NCBI GenBank assembly: GCA_028534125.1
Contig: CM052816.1
Coordinates: forward strand, 37,884,001 to 37,948,000
Direction of reading: 5' to 3'
Source: Lama glama
Taxonomy: Eukaryota
Length of the DNA: 64,000 nucleotides
Part shown: one piece after another, positions 24,351 through 37,525 of the stretch
Layout: every line of letters starts with the position of its first letter
Position numbering within the stretch: the stretch's first letter is position 1
The notes under the pieces: generated by a model
Told to the model about the DNA's origin: nothing
Databases searched by the model: none
Seen by the model: the letters and a program-made list of their open reading frames with translations, nothing else
Made by a program: the position numbers and the translations under genes

Positions 24351-27300
24351 GTAAATGTGTGAATACACAGATTAGGACCAGTGTCTTGAGTGCACTGAAA
24401 TATGGCAAAGGAGAAATATACATGCTGCTCTGGGAATAATATTATGACAATAATGAAAAAAAGAGACATTAACCCAGCAAGGAGATTAATTTTTCCAGTT
24501 TTCATCTTTAACATCTCCTTTTTCTCCAACACTGATTATATTTCTGTTCCTCCTCCCTTTTATCTTTCTTTTCCTCCTGTTCTTTTTTCCTGCCCTGTGT
24601 TATTCTTAGCTCCTAGTGATGTTGGAACCTTAAGGGCAAATCTACTTTAGAAATAAACAGGAGTCATTATTTCCAAGCAAGAATGCACATTTTCTCTCTC
24701 TGTGCTCTAAAATGGAAACTAAAATAGAAGAGTTTAGCAGAGATTATATATTATCACTTTCAGAAATAATGAAAAGAATAATTAACTAAAATGACTAGGA
24801 ATCGGTGTCATGGGGGGAAAGAACACACGACCTTTAAAATCCACAGCAAATTCAATTATATAGTAAAGACAATAACTTGTTAGTGGACTTCATTTTAAAT
24901 ATCTTCTTATTTTCCCAAATGATCATACTTTAAAAGAACCTCAGCAAAAAAAAAAAAAAGGTTCTGGATACTCTAAAAAATGCTGAATTCACTAATGAAT
25001 GGAAAGAACAGTACTTGCTATGAGATTTGTTCTCACTTAAAATACATCTCAGAAAGTCTCGCCAGTAGTCAATTACCAATTCTTTCCCTCAAGTATATAA
25101 TACTAGCCACCTAATGGCAATTTGCAGCCTGTTTTGTAGCAAAGGTCTAATTTCTCCTTGCGTTAGGGTGTCCCTGCCTTGATCTATGTATCATTTAATG
25201 CTCCGTGAACATCAGATTATTTCCAATAGTCTATACAAAGAACAAGATAAACGGAAGCCTTTTAAAATTTAGTACTGACATCTGCATAGAACTTTATAAC
25301 TTCACAATTTTAGCAATCAACTCAGTTGTTGATGCTTCAGTCCCTCACAGATAGCCTTTTTAGATAAACCGTCTGGGAAGAATTACCATAGCAGAGAGTT
25401 ATGCTGGAGTCTCTCATTTGCATGTTAATACCCAGAATACTCTTCAAGTTTATTCAGGGTGGTGGTTTTATAGCAGAAATGCCATCTGAACTCCGAGAAT
25501 AAACTAAAAGAGTTGGGAGAACCTATGAGGCCACTGAGTTGTTTTTTACAAATATAAGTGATCATAAAAAGCTCAGCCTTCTCTAAGGAAAAACAAAAGA
25601 ACAGGCCTTCTTTTAATATGCAAATACAGGAACTCAACATCAACACTGTGTTAACTCCTAATCTTTTTTTTTTTTTTTAACAAATCTTTAATTTTGTGAT
25701 CACATTTTTCTGCCAGGCTGCATTAGATTCATTGTTCATAAATCGGCCCTGGATTCTCTGAGGCAGAAAGGCCAGGAAGGCGGCTTAACACTGCCTTATT
25801 CTCTGTAAGCGAGAGCCGCGTTTCCATGGGTGGAAAAAAGGAAGAAGGAAAAAATCAAATACATAGCTAATTACATGGGAATAATATAAAATTGGGGAAA
25901 GATTTGTTCTCTTATTTTCTTAGTTTGTTCAGGTGACTTTGACATGAGGCCCAACTGCACAGTAAGAATGATTCATTTTGAGGAAACAGACAAATAGAAA
26001 AGTGCATATTGTATTTGGCAGAACATTTGCTGCCTTTAAAGTTCCAGCACCTTTCAGCCAACCATCTTGTTTTCTATCTGATAATAACTTGTTCCAAGTT
26101 GAATCACCATGGTTGGCTGCACCCTATCATACCTTTGGACTAGGAAAGTGGAACTTAGAAGTTTGTGAAGTATTTCTTTATTATTCACAAGTTAACTTCT
26201 GATTGAAATAGGCTGCAGCAAAACACCCAGGTCACCCCAGCATACAGCAAAAGCACTGAACTGTGCTTCAACAAATTGACCTTCAGAGATTATTATGACC
26301 TTCAAATAGTCACTGACATCAGTGATGCATTTTTTTCTTGTTTTATTTTTTTAACGTAACTTGACGGTAAACCTCTGGGAAGGAGGGGAGTTACATCAAT
26401 TTCCTTGATAGTGTTCTGTGGAGGATATGAATAAGTGAGATTTGTAGATACTGTAGTTAACCAAATTAAAAATATAACATTTCAATTTCAATGTGAATTC
26501 CTATTGAAAGAATATATGGCTACCTTCTTAGAATGTTAAATTTATATATATAAATTTATATATCTGGCTGAGCATATATAAATATTTAATCCTTTTTGTT
26601 TTAGTTTGTTTTTAGTAAACATTATATTGAATCTGTTTGTGAAACTTTTTAGAATTACTAAATACTGTAATACTTTGCATTTTGGCATTTCATACTAAGG
26701 TCATGTTGACTTTAAAAATGTTGAGATGATTTACAGTCCAAAGCAGAGAGCGGTTTTCTCAATCACACTGACACTAAACTCACACTCTAAAAATTTATGA
26801 CTTGAAGGTGAAATGTAGCTATAAAGAATGACAGTTATGGGCCATTATCTCTTGGTTTTTGTTCTAATCTGAGAAGTGAAAAAGACACTTTTGCCACTTC
26901 AAGAAGTTAGGTAACACAAAGAGTGTGAGTATGAAGTGTTTTCTCGTGTGCACGTAGATGCTCAAAGAATCTAGTTTCTGGTCTGATGAAAATGTGGATA
27001 TGGAGTGAGGGCTGCAAAGAGCCTTATTTATGCAGTATTTTTAAAATTAGGTACTCAATTTTCTGTGAATTTTTATCAATGCAATTTAACATTTTGGAGG
27101 AGAAACTTACATATTCCTTAAAAAAGTAAAATCTTGAATATAGAATGAAAGTTTTGGAAATAAGGGCAGAGGACTTAAAGAGTTCACATTTTACGTAAAA
27201 AGTCCCTTCTAGGACTGTGGGTAAGTGAACTTAAGTTATCGTTGGCCTCTCCCTATTGATAACAATTTCTCTATAACAGGCAGTTTTCATTCCATTTTTA

Positions 27301-27754
27301 GGCAATTCTAGATGATACAAATTTCTTTCCAATACTGACCCAAATTTTTACCCTATTTGTCATTTACCTATTCATGGTTTTTCAATTTCTAGCAACTCAG
27401 AAGAAATATAATCTTTGTTGCATATTAGAGATCTCCAAATGTTTGAAAATATTTACCATTGTTTCAACATCACCAGTGTTTGATTTTAAATATCATGTCT
27501 TCTATTTCAAAATCATGAGGAGGATAGGAAAAGATCACATTTTTCTTGTTCATTTATGACCGCAATTATTGGCAAATTATTTATATGTATTATTAACAAA
27601 CGCTTTGGAGACATTATTTAGCATGTGAAGCTATTTATTTTATCACTGACTGGACCACAGACTGCTGTACTTTGTTGAATCCATCTATATCATCCTGCAT
27701 TCTGTTAATTTTTTGCTTCAGGCATTGCTTATGCTTAAGACATCCCATTTACTT

Positions 27755-27839
27755 TTTTTTTTTCAATTGAGTTATAGTCAGTTTGCAATGTTGTGTCAAA
27801 TTCTGGTGTACAGCACACTTTTTCAGTCATACATGAATC
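27755..27839 (-). mobile_element. Very short (about 85 bp) L1 3'-end insertion with 14-bp TSD
   Basis: T tract followed by caattgagttatagtcagtttgcaatgttgtgtcaaattctggtgtacagcaca...; flanked by catcccatttactt at 27741-27754 and 27840-27853. Confidence 0.9.
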
Positions 27840-28419
27840 CATCCCATTTACTTATGATCTTTATAATGCATAAGTTAGGTAAAATAAAGCCTTCTAGATC
27901 AAATGAAATAACCAAATTCCATTAAATGACATTAATTTCATACTGAGCTCAATGTCAATAAGCTATGGGATAAAGATTTTTTAAGTAGTTCTTAAAGAGT
28001 ATTCTTACACACTGACAGGTGTTTTTCTCTTAATTGAATAGTTAATGGGGCTTAAAGTGTGCCCATAGGATGAATAGAGTATACTGATTAAATATATTAA
28101 GGATTAGGTAAAAATTCTCCCTTTCTCCTTAATCATTTATCTTACAATTCCATGATCCACATGGAACACCACTTCTTTATTCAACATGTAATACTGGAAA
28201 AACTTGTATTTTTCAAATACTAGTAATACAAAAGAGGGGATATCCTCTCCATTTTTGAGGAGATAACAGTCCGGTGGGGAGAGAAATAAAATTAACAATT
28301 AAAATTCAGTGTTTCAAGGGAATAAGAGAGATATACCCAAAAATGAGCAAACTAATCTTTCTGGTAATATTCAGAAAAACTGAAAAAGAAGTGATAATTG
28401 AATCAACTATTGAAAAGAG

Positions 28420-31400
28420 TAACACTCAACCATATATACTGTTTTTAAGAGAAGAATTTTAAATATGTAATGAAAGAGGTAAGTATGAAGGTGGCAAATG
28501 GTATATCATGCAAAGGCTCAGCAAAAGGGAAACCAATGCTAGCTCCATTAGTACAAGAACATTCTTTAAGGCAAGAAGTATTATCAGAGATAAAGAGGGC
28601 AGTTTTTAATAGCAAAACACAGTCAATTGTTTAGAAGAAATAACAATCCTGTATGTCTATGCACGAATGACAGAACTTCAAATTACACAGAGAAAAAAAG
28701 TGTAACTGGAGGGAGAGAAACAAGCCCACATTATAATTAGAGATTTGGTCACTCCATTCTTAGTATCTAATAGAATGAATAGAACAACCTTAACCAAATT
28801 AACCTGACGTTTGTAGATCACTACACCCAACAAAAGCCGAACATACGTTATTTTCAAGTTCAAATGATATACGTTCCAAAATGCAGCCTCAAACAATCTC
28901 ATTAAAGTTCCAAATAACTGAAATTATTTAAAGCCTGTTCTCTGACAACAAATAATTAAATTCAAAAATCAATAACAAAGATAAATAGAATATTCATCCT
29001 TTGGAACTGAATCAGCACACTTCTAAATAACTCATGTATTAAAGTATGAATGCCAAGTAATGTTAGAAGATATTTTGAACTATATCATAAAAGAAAAAAC
29101 GTTTAAATTGTTGATTTAATCATTCGCTTTGAGAGTCCCCAAATATATACTAAATTAAATCCAATACAGAAAGAATATCATAAATGTAAGAGCAGAAGCT
29201 AATAAAAATAATATATAGATAATTCAAAAAATTAGCAAAGTTTACTGAATTTAATTGCTTGAAAGAGTTACAAAATTAAAATCTTAGAACAATAGAGAAA
29301 AATAAAAGAGTAAATTCAAGCTGCCAACGTCAGCAAAAAACACAAGATATCACTGTAGATCATAGAGACATGAAAAAGACAGTGAGAGAATACTCCGAAC
29401 AGCCTACTACACAATACCAATGAATTTGAGCATAAAGGTAAAATGGAAAGATTATGAAAAATCACTCACCAGTCTTGTTTCAAGAAGCAGAAGAGCTGAA
29501 TAACTCTCTATCTGTGAAATAAATTAGTTATAATTTAAAACCTTCCCAAGAAGATGACTCTAGATATAGTTTTACTTGTAAATTCTCTCCAATATTTAGG
29601 AGAAAATACTGCCAACCTTAAATAAATCTTTCCAGAAAATAAAAGAGTAATAAACAGGAATAAATAAGCCTTTTCAACTTATTTTAAGGGGCTAGAAATG
29701 ATGTGATACAAAGACTCCAGAAGGATAATTCAAGGTAAAAAAAATTAAAGAACAATACTTATCGCAAACGTAGACTAAAAATTCTTACAAAAATATGCGA
29801 GTAAAGTACAGCAATATTCTAAGTTCATAATATACCCTGACCAAGTGTGGTTTATCACAGGAATCTTTATTTAACCATTGAAAGAAAATAAAGTGATTAT
29901 TTCATAAACGTAGGAAAAATCACTTAGCAAAATGAATACCCATTCATAATAAAACTTCTCAGTGAGTAGGAAAAGAACTTTCTCAATTTATTACAAGGTA
30001 TCTATAAAAACAAATAAACAAAAAATTAATAACTCACATCATTCTTTATGGTGAATTACTGGAAGCATTTCCCTTAAGGTCAAGAAAAAGGCAAGGATGT
30101 CCTTTCTCACCACTTATATTCTCCAAACTGCCAATGTACAAAGTTCCAAATACCCTAAAAATACAAGTTAACAGTAATGAGAGGCACAAATACTGAAAAG
30201 AAAGAGGTAACGTGTATTCATCTGCAGACAAAATGAGTATCCACATAGAAAAGTCAAAGATATCTAACACATAAACATTAAAACTAATACTTGAATTTAA
30301 CAAGGTTGCAAAATACAAGTCCAATATAACAATATAAGTGCAGTTGAGCCTTGAACAATGAGGATTTGAACAACATGGGTCCACTTACACAAAGTTATTT
30401 TTCAATAAATATATTGGAAAATTTGTTGGAGGTTTGCAACAATTTGAAAAATCTCACAGATGAACTGCATAGACCAGAAATATAATAAAAATTAAGAAAA
30501 GGTTATGTCATGAATGCATAAAATATATTTAGATACTAGTATAAATTCAAAGAGGCATAACATGAGTATATTTAGTATAAAATTATGTTTGTTTTCTGTT
30601 CTATAACTTTGCTTTTAAAGAATTACTTTACCAAACAGTATGCTTCTCTCTCGCACTCCCCTCTCCTCCTTGTAATTAGAGAAACTGTATCAGCCTATCA
30701 TCACAAAAAAGTAATTTTTTAAAAAAGATAAACATGTTTTCAATACTGTGTTACAGTATTGAATACAACTATAAATCTGTATGCCATAAAAATTGCATAA
30801 TGATCCATTCATTAGTGTACAGGCTTATCTACTGTGAAGCAATTATATTGCTGCTTCATTATCAATGCATAAATTGTTATACCTGTAAATAAATATGAAT
30901 TTCTGTTTCACATAATTTTTTCATTTTTGATGTCGAGTAATATGTATAACATCTACAATGCTTTGTATCCTATAAGACAATATTACTGTAGGCAATGACA
31001 GATGATTCATCTTGTAAACAGATAACATAAATTGATGGTATAATACAGTACAGTACTGTAAATGTAGTTTATCTTTCTTATAATTTTCTTAATAACATTT
31101 CCTTTTCTCTAGATTACTTTATTCTAAGAATGAAGTATATAAATACATATAACATACAAAATATGTGTTCACCTACTGTTTTTGTTATCGGTAAGGCTTC
31201 CAGTCAACAGCAGGCTATTAGTAGTTATGTTTTGGGGGAATCAAAAGTAATATGTGAACTTCAACCTCATGGGGGGTTGGTGCCCCTAGCCCTGGAGTTT
31301 TTCAAGGGCCAACTCTAATACATGCGCTAGAATGAAAAATTAGAAAATAAAATGTAAAATCATTTAAAACTCTACTGAAAACAAAAGTATTTAGGAACAT

Positions 31401-33055
31401 TAAATTCAGAGTCTATAAAATTTATAAAGTAAAAACGATAAAATACTGCTAGGAGAAATTAAAGGAGATCTAAATAAACGGAAATCTGTAACATGATCAT
31501 GGATTTAGAAACTCAGTGTTCTTAGGATATTAGTACTCTTTAAGTTAACTTACAAATTCACTACAATTCCAATTAATATCCTGGCACTCTTTTCCTGGAG
31601 CAATACAATGAACTCAAAACTATTATTATGACATGCAAAGCACCAGGAGTAGCTAAAATTTTAAAAAGAACAAGTTAGAAGATTTATGTGACTCCCTTGC
31701 AAGGTGTTCTATAAAGCAATTAATGCAGTTTTATCAATGTAAGGATAAACAAATCAATTATTGGGACATCAGAGAAAGATCAGAAATAGACACATCACTG
31801 ATTTTCTATAAGTATGCTAAAACTATTCATTGGGAGTAATAGTCTTTGGAAGAAATGCTGCTAAAATATTTAAGTAGTTGTGTGGAAAGAAAAACAAACC
31901 TTAACTTCTATTATCAAACATAAAAATGTATTCAAGTACTATCCTAGACCTAGAAACAGGAGTGTTTAGAGTTTAGAGTTAAGAAATCTAATAAAGTTTC
32001 TAAAGGGAATCATGCGAGAATATTTTCATGGTCTTGATATAGGCAACGTTTTTTATTGAAGATATACATACACAAAACCAGTAATCACATAAAAGGATAA
32101 GTTTTGCTTATCAAAAGCAGCATTCAAAAACTGAACTAAGAACATATAAGTAGTATGTACATCTGACAAACAGTATCTAGACTATATAATGAACTCTCAT
32201 AACAGAAAATGATAACAAAAAGGCAAGTATAAAAAATGGGCAAAAGACTTGTGCTGTTGTATTACAAAATAAGATACAGCACTGACTGAAAAGGTCATGA
32301 AAAAGTACTCAATATTATTAGTGATCAGAAAAATGTAAATTAAAACCAAATTAGGTTCCATTTCACACTCACAAAAGGGCTAATATAAAATTTACAATGT
32401 TGACAAAAAGATATATGTTGGTAAGGATGTGGAGCAACTGGAAATCTAATGCACTCTAGGTGACAGTTTAAAATGGCACAATCACATCAAAAAAAAATCA
32501 ACATCTGCCAACCAGCAAGTCCATTCCTAGTCATTTTTACAAGAAAACTTAGAATTTATGTACACAAAAGATCTCTATAATATCTTGTGTAACAACATTG
32601 TTCATAATAGTCACACAACTAAAACCAACCCAAATGTCCTTTAATAGCAGGGTGGATAAACAATTTTTGGTTATTCATATAATTCAATAATCACCAGCAA
32701 TTAAAAAGGAACAGCCTACTTATACTCCCAATAAATAATAATCTCAATACATCATGTTGAATAAAAGAAGCCAAACCACAAAATACATATTCTGTAAGGC
32801 TGAATTACTTGAAAGTCATGATCAAGCTACTTTATCATGTTGGAAACCCTGAAAGTTGTTGAACTGGGTGTTGAAAAGAGGACTGATTGGAAACATGAAC
32901 AAAGGACTTATTGGAGATGACAGAAATATTTTATATATTGATTAGACTGCAGGTTATAAAAAGGAATACATTTGTCAAAACCCTTCAAACTGTATACTTG
33001 TTTTCTGTTTCATTTAAGTGTATTTAAAATACTGGTCACGAAATTAGAAATAAAA
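28420..33055 (+). mobile_element. Ancient L1 (L1MC/ME-like) from the EN domain to the 3' UTR, interrupted by Tigger2
   Basis: EN-like cccacattataattagagatttggtcactcc; RT-like aaggcaaggatgtcctttctcaccactt and tctgcagacaaaatg; 3' region gttggtaaggatgtggagcaactggaa, caaaacccttcaaactgtatactt. Confidence 0.85.
30341..31315. mobile_element. Tigger2-family (TcMar) internally deleted DNA transposon, about 975 bp
   Basis: Terminal inverted repeats cagttgagccttgaacaa ... tttttcaagggccaactc; right flank TA, left flank TG (degenerate TA TSD); internal ggtccacttacac...caataaatatattggaaaatt. Confidence 0.88.
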
Positions 33056-33634
33056 AATAGTGAAATTACAATTATAGCAATATGTATTTACACGTAACAA
33101 TATACATTTATATATTGCAATTATATATTGCAATCTACGTTTTTATAGCAATGTAGTAATAACATTGACTATTAAAAGGAAAAACTTTTAATGTGAAGAC
33201 TTCTAAAATATTTGTTTTTTTCCTAAGAAAATGGACATAATGTGTAATTTTGAACACTGCTAAAATTAGAAAAAGAAGTAAATGTGGTAAAAACATTGAG
33301 AATAATTACTGAGATTTGAAGGAATTGATACTTTCCTTTCTGACCTTCAGAATTTGAACCCAATTAAAAGATAAATGCATAAATCTCGGAAACAAATCAA
33401 AGTATCTGTTTTGTTACTTATGAAGCTAGACTTGAGAATGTAAATTAGGTTAATGACAACCATGGACCCTGTGGAATACCTGCCCCTAAATTAAATGTAT
33501 ATGTTTACCTAGCTACTGTGACGGCTAGTCAGCCACATGCCCCCACCCCACGAGCAGGGCGTTTCCCCCTAAGATGACTGAACAAACAACAGAAGATGAA
33601 CATGCAGGATATCTTTAGGAAAGAAGATTTTCAC

Positions 33635-33735
33635 AAGAGAGAAGGAAAGGGAGTGAGGGAGTGAAGGGTGAGGGAGGAAGGAGAGCAGGAGGGAGGGAAA
33701 GGAAGAAAGACACGAAAGGAAGGGAGGAAAGGAAA
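33635..33735. repeat. GA-rich polypurine low-complexity tract
   Basis: aagagagaaggaaagggagtgagggagtgaagggtgagggaggaaggagag...ggaaagg. Confidence 0.85.
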
Positions 33736-36700
33736 TTTCAGTGTGGTTCAGCTTAACCACACATTTACCAAAACAATCAAAACTTACAGCCCATAGAAAT
33801 TTAATTAAATGTGCTTCTTTTGACAGCAAATTGTTTCAAAATAAATGAGTGTCTTTACACAGGCTACACATGATTCAGTTTATTACGAGCAGCACAACTC
33901 CCTGTTTTCCAATGCTGCATTTAAATCATGTATTTACTTTACCTGTCAGGCACCTGCAGGCACTGAATTTGTTATCTTGAAATATTAGATAAATAATTGT
34001 TATTTAAATAAACAAGGCTGAACCAGTTGATATTAAAATAAAACAGGACATATTAGAAGTAAAAGAGACATTGATGAATTTCAGATTTAAGAGGCAAGAT
34101 TTTGGTAGTTTTTCTGCCTGCATAATTAAAATTATCCTTGTTTCACATGCCCTGTGTGTCTGCTGAACATTCTTTCTGTCGCTCATTTCTCTACACCTGT
34201 TTTTATTGGCCACTAATAGAAAGCCATTTCCATTCTAGAAGATGGCCTTGGCCACATCTAAATAACAGGTGACAAGCAGCCAACTAAAACCGATTTTGAC
34301 GTTGTAATCTAGATGTTCCACACTGGTTTATAATGGCTAATAAATGAGTGTTGAAATCCATCTTAAAAAGACTATTGAAGGTGATAACTTGTTATTTGCA
34401 GAAAGTTTCAGAATCTGAGTTTTATCTAGAAACGGTTCCTGAAAACAGTCATACCGTGGCCCCGGCCCTGCGGTTCTCTGTAGTTTCACTCTCTTATACC
34501 CTGTGTTGTGTCAGTGAGATAGACTCTTTTGAGGCTATGAAAGAGCAGCTGTGACATGCGTCTATTCTCACTTTGAGCCGTCAGTGTATTTTATTTAAAC
34601 AGTGGGCCTGAGCAGAGTGCTGATTCCTTTGTAAACTGGAGGAAAGTCTTTAGGTTAAAATAATCTAGTGAATCAGTCTCTATTCAAACGCTATTTTCAT
34701 GTCTCGGAACTTTAACATTAGCTTTGATCTCTATAACCATTTTTATGTACTTCTTCATATTATTTAACTTCTCTTTCATTAAATATGAAAAAGAATCTTC
34801 ACAATTACTTACCATAGCAACCACTGTAGAAGTAGATTCAAATGCCAAGACTGGCACAGAGTTCACAGTTGCTATAATCATGCCAAACAGTTTCCAACAT
34901 GACCCTGTGTAGTTACTTTAAGGCTTTTGTATCCTGATGGGAACAGTGAAGTGGATTTGCTTTTAATCAGCACATATGAATATCATCACTGTCATCATCA
35001 TTATCAACAACAGTGATAACAACAAAAACTACCTTGAGGGCTTCTATATAGCCCCCTATGCTAGACTTCATGTAATTTTGATTCTATATTACATTGGAAT
35101 ACTGGTTGCATAATGGCAAAAATGCTACTGCTGTACAGACATGTATACATCCACAACCGAATGAGATATGCAATACATAAAGGAGAAAAATACATACAAT
35201 GTGTATATACACACAAGTCTATTTGCAAAATTATAAATGGTTAGATCATTTCAGAAGAATATGAATAAAATTTTTATTAGCTAAGTGAATAAGTGACAAT
35301 GTATTATATATTTTTCCTCTACATAAATGTACATGCTTTTAATATACATTACTTTTCAATTTCTTTTTTCTATTTGCTAGAACACTTTATTTATATTTCT
35401 TTTGAAGTCTTATATTTTTCCATAAAAACTTCATGTAGCTACTTAGAAAAAGGGTGACTATGCCTCCTGGTCCCATCTTGCCTCAAGATGCAACTAATTT
35501 TTATTCTTTCCCTTTTCTTACCCTTCACTGAAACACATATGTATCTAATCTTTCTCTATGTCAATATCAGGCTTTGTCCTAGGCTCTGGAAAACCATCAA
35601 TTAGCAAGAGAAATACAGTCTCAATCTCATGGAACTTGAAATATTTTAGGGGAGATAGCCACTAGACAATTACATAATTAACAGATTTTAATTATGATAG
35701 TTGCAGTTCTCACTATCACCCAACCGAGTATCTATTCACTTGCTTTTAGATAAATTAAACCATTTAATTTGCTTTTGTTCTGAAATTTAAAGTATTTTTT
35801 CTGATAATATTGGCATTTGATAAGTTGAAAAACAAGTGCAATATCATTCAAAAAAAGGTATGGATGGAAATTTTCTATATACTTGCTTGATAACAAGCAG
35901 TGACATTAATGAAAAACTCCAAAGAGAAGGATACCAATGATAATTTTCACAGAAATATTCCTGGTTTTGAATAACTGTAAAAACCATGAGGTACAAGTTT
36001 TGAAGTGTGGGTCACAAAGTTAATGATGACAATTTGCTATGGAGATTATTTTTTAGCCAAATATGATACAGAAGCAGTTGTTATAGTAAAGAAAACTATA
36101 TTGTATACATTTTAAAAATCAAGTTTAAAGTTAAAGACAAAAACCAATGCTTCTGAAACTTCTAATTTTCAGATAATTATAAAATTATTGTAATAATTAA
36201 AAAATCAAATAAATAAAAATATATAAAAGGCAGAGAGGGAAGATAGCAAAGTAAGAAGACATGGACCTCACCTCCCACCATGAACACATAAAAACCTTAT
36301 CTACTTATGGAACAATTCTCATGGAAAACTAACTGAAAACTGGCAGAAGGACTCCTGTACAGCCAAGGATATAAGAAAGATACACACATAATCGAGAATG
36401 ATGGGAAGAAAAGCACCATGTAGGGACCCATTCCCCTAGGAGAGGACTCAGATTAAAAGGAGATTGCACAGGTCGACACTCACCCTGGGGGGTGAGCAGG
36501 CTGAGCCACAAACTGGGCATCCCAATCCTGGGGTCCTAGGGAGAGGAGACAAGTGCCCCTGGCTGACTAGAGAACAACCGGATCAGATAAAAAGGCTGGA
36601 GAAGCGTAGACTCCCCTCATGAGAAGTGTGCAGGTGCTGGCTTACCCCCAGGCAGGGCAGAGAGTGGTGTGCCCTAGTGGCTGCTCCTCAGTCCAAGCCA

Positions 36701-37525
36701 TGTGAATGCCCCAGCCCTGCTCACTCCACATCACAGCTTGACACTGGATCTGGGGTGGCCAGGACCTTGGAAAAGACTCAGTCTAGAATGTAGAGGCAAC
36801 ACAGGGGCCTATGGCATAGCCCAGATGAGGTGCTGTCAGCTGTTTCTGGCACTGACTCAAGCAGCACCACAGAAGCAGATCGGACTTCTGATGGTAGTGG
36901 GGCCACCAGTATTCCTGAGACTACCCCAGTGCACTCCCCAGCCCAGGCGAACACTCCAAACCAACTAACTCCATGTCACAGCATACTACTAGATCTGGGG
37001 TGGGCACAGCTGGAGAAAAGACACAATGTGGGCTGCATCTGAGCGGAGTCACAGATGCCTACACTGTCAGAACACTGAACCTCTGTAAGCACATCAGCCC
37101 CACTTGCTTCAGTACTTCTCTCCTTTGATGCCAAAGTCCCGGTATGGGGAGAAAAAACATATATATCAAAGTTAAAAGGAACAGACCTAGCTCAAGCCTG
37201 GCCCTCAGGGCTTGTGCTCCAGCAACTTAAGATCAGATCCTGCCCTTGACAGGGTAATGACAGCAAAGCAGAGAGGAAGTTCCACCTCACACCCTGCACA
37301 AGCTCTAGCTCCTCCATCATCAGCAACATCCACTACCAAGGTGATAGTTTGCAGCACACCCTAAGGAAAGACTTGACTGGCATCCACATCAAATATACCC
37401 CTCCCACCAAAGGCACTGAGCACACAAAGTCTATACGGGGATGTTCTCATGTATGAATACCCCTTCAAGACCACAATAGGTAACTGTTTCACCTAAATTC
37501 ACAGAAGTTGAGAAAGATAACTAAA

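Noticed and set aside
25923..25966. Possible plus-strand micro-exon (...ttcag|GTGACTTTGACATGAGGCCCAACTGCACA|gtaaga)
   Set aside because: Neither candidate length (29 or 38 nt) preserves the frame, the peptide is unrecognised and there are no partner exons.
26537..26558. Perfect 22-bp palindrome taaatttatatatataaattta
   Set aside because: Pure A/T with a (TA)n core; expected from slippage in AT-rich DNA.
33108..33133. 13-bp tandem duplication ttatatattgcaa x2, with a similar near-duplication at 63124-63160
   Set aside because: Short, low-complexity slippage products with no wider structure.
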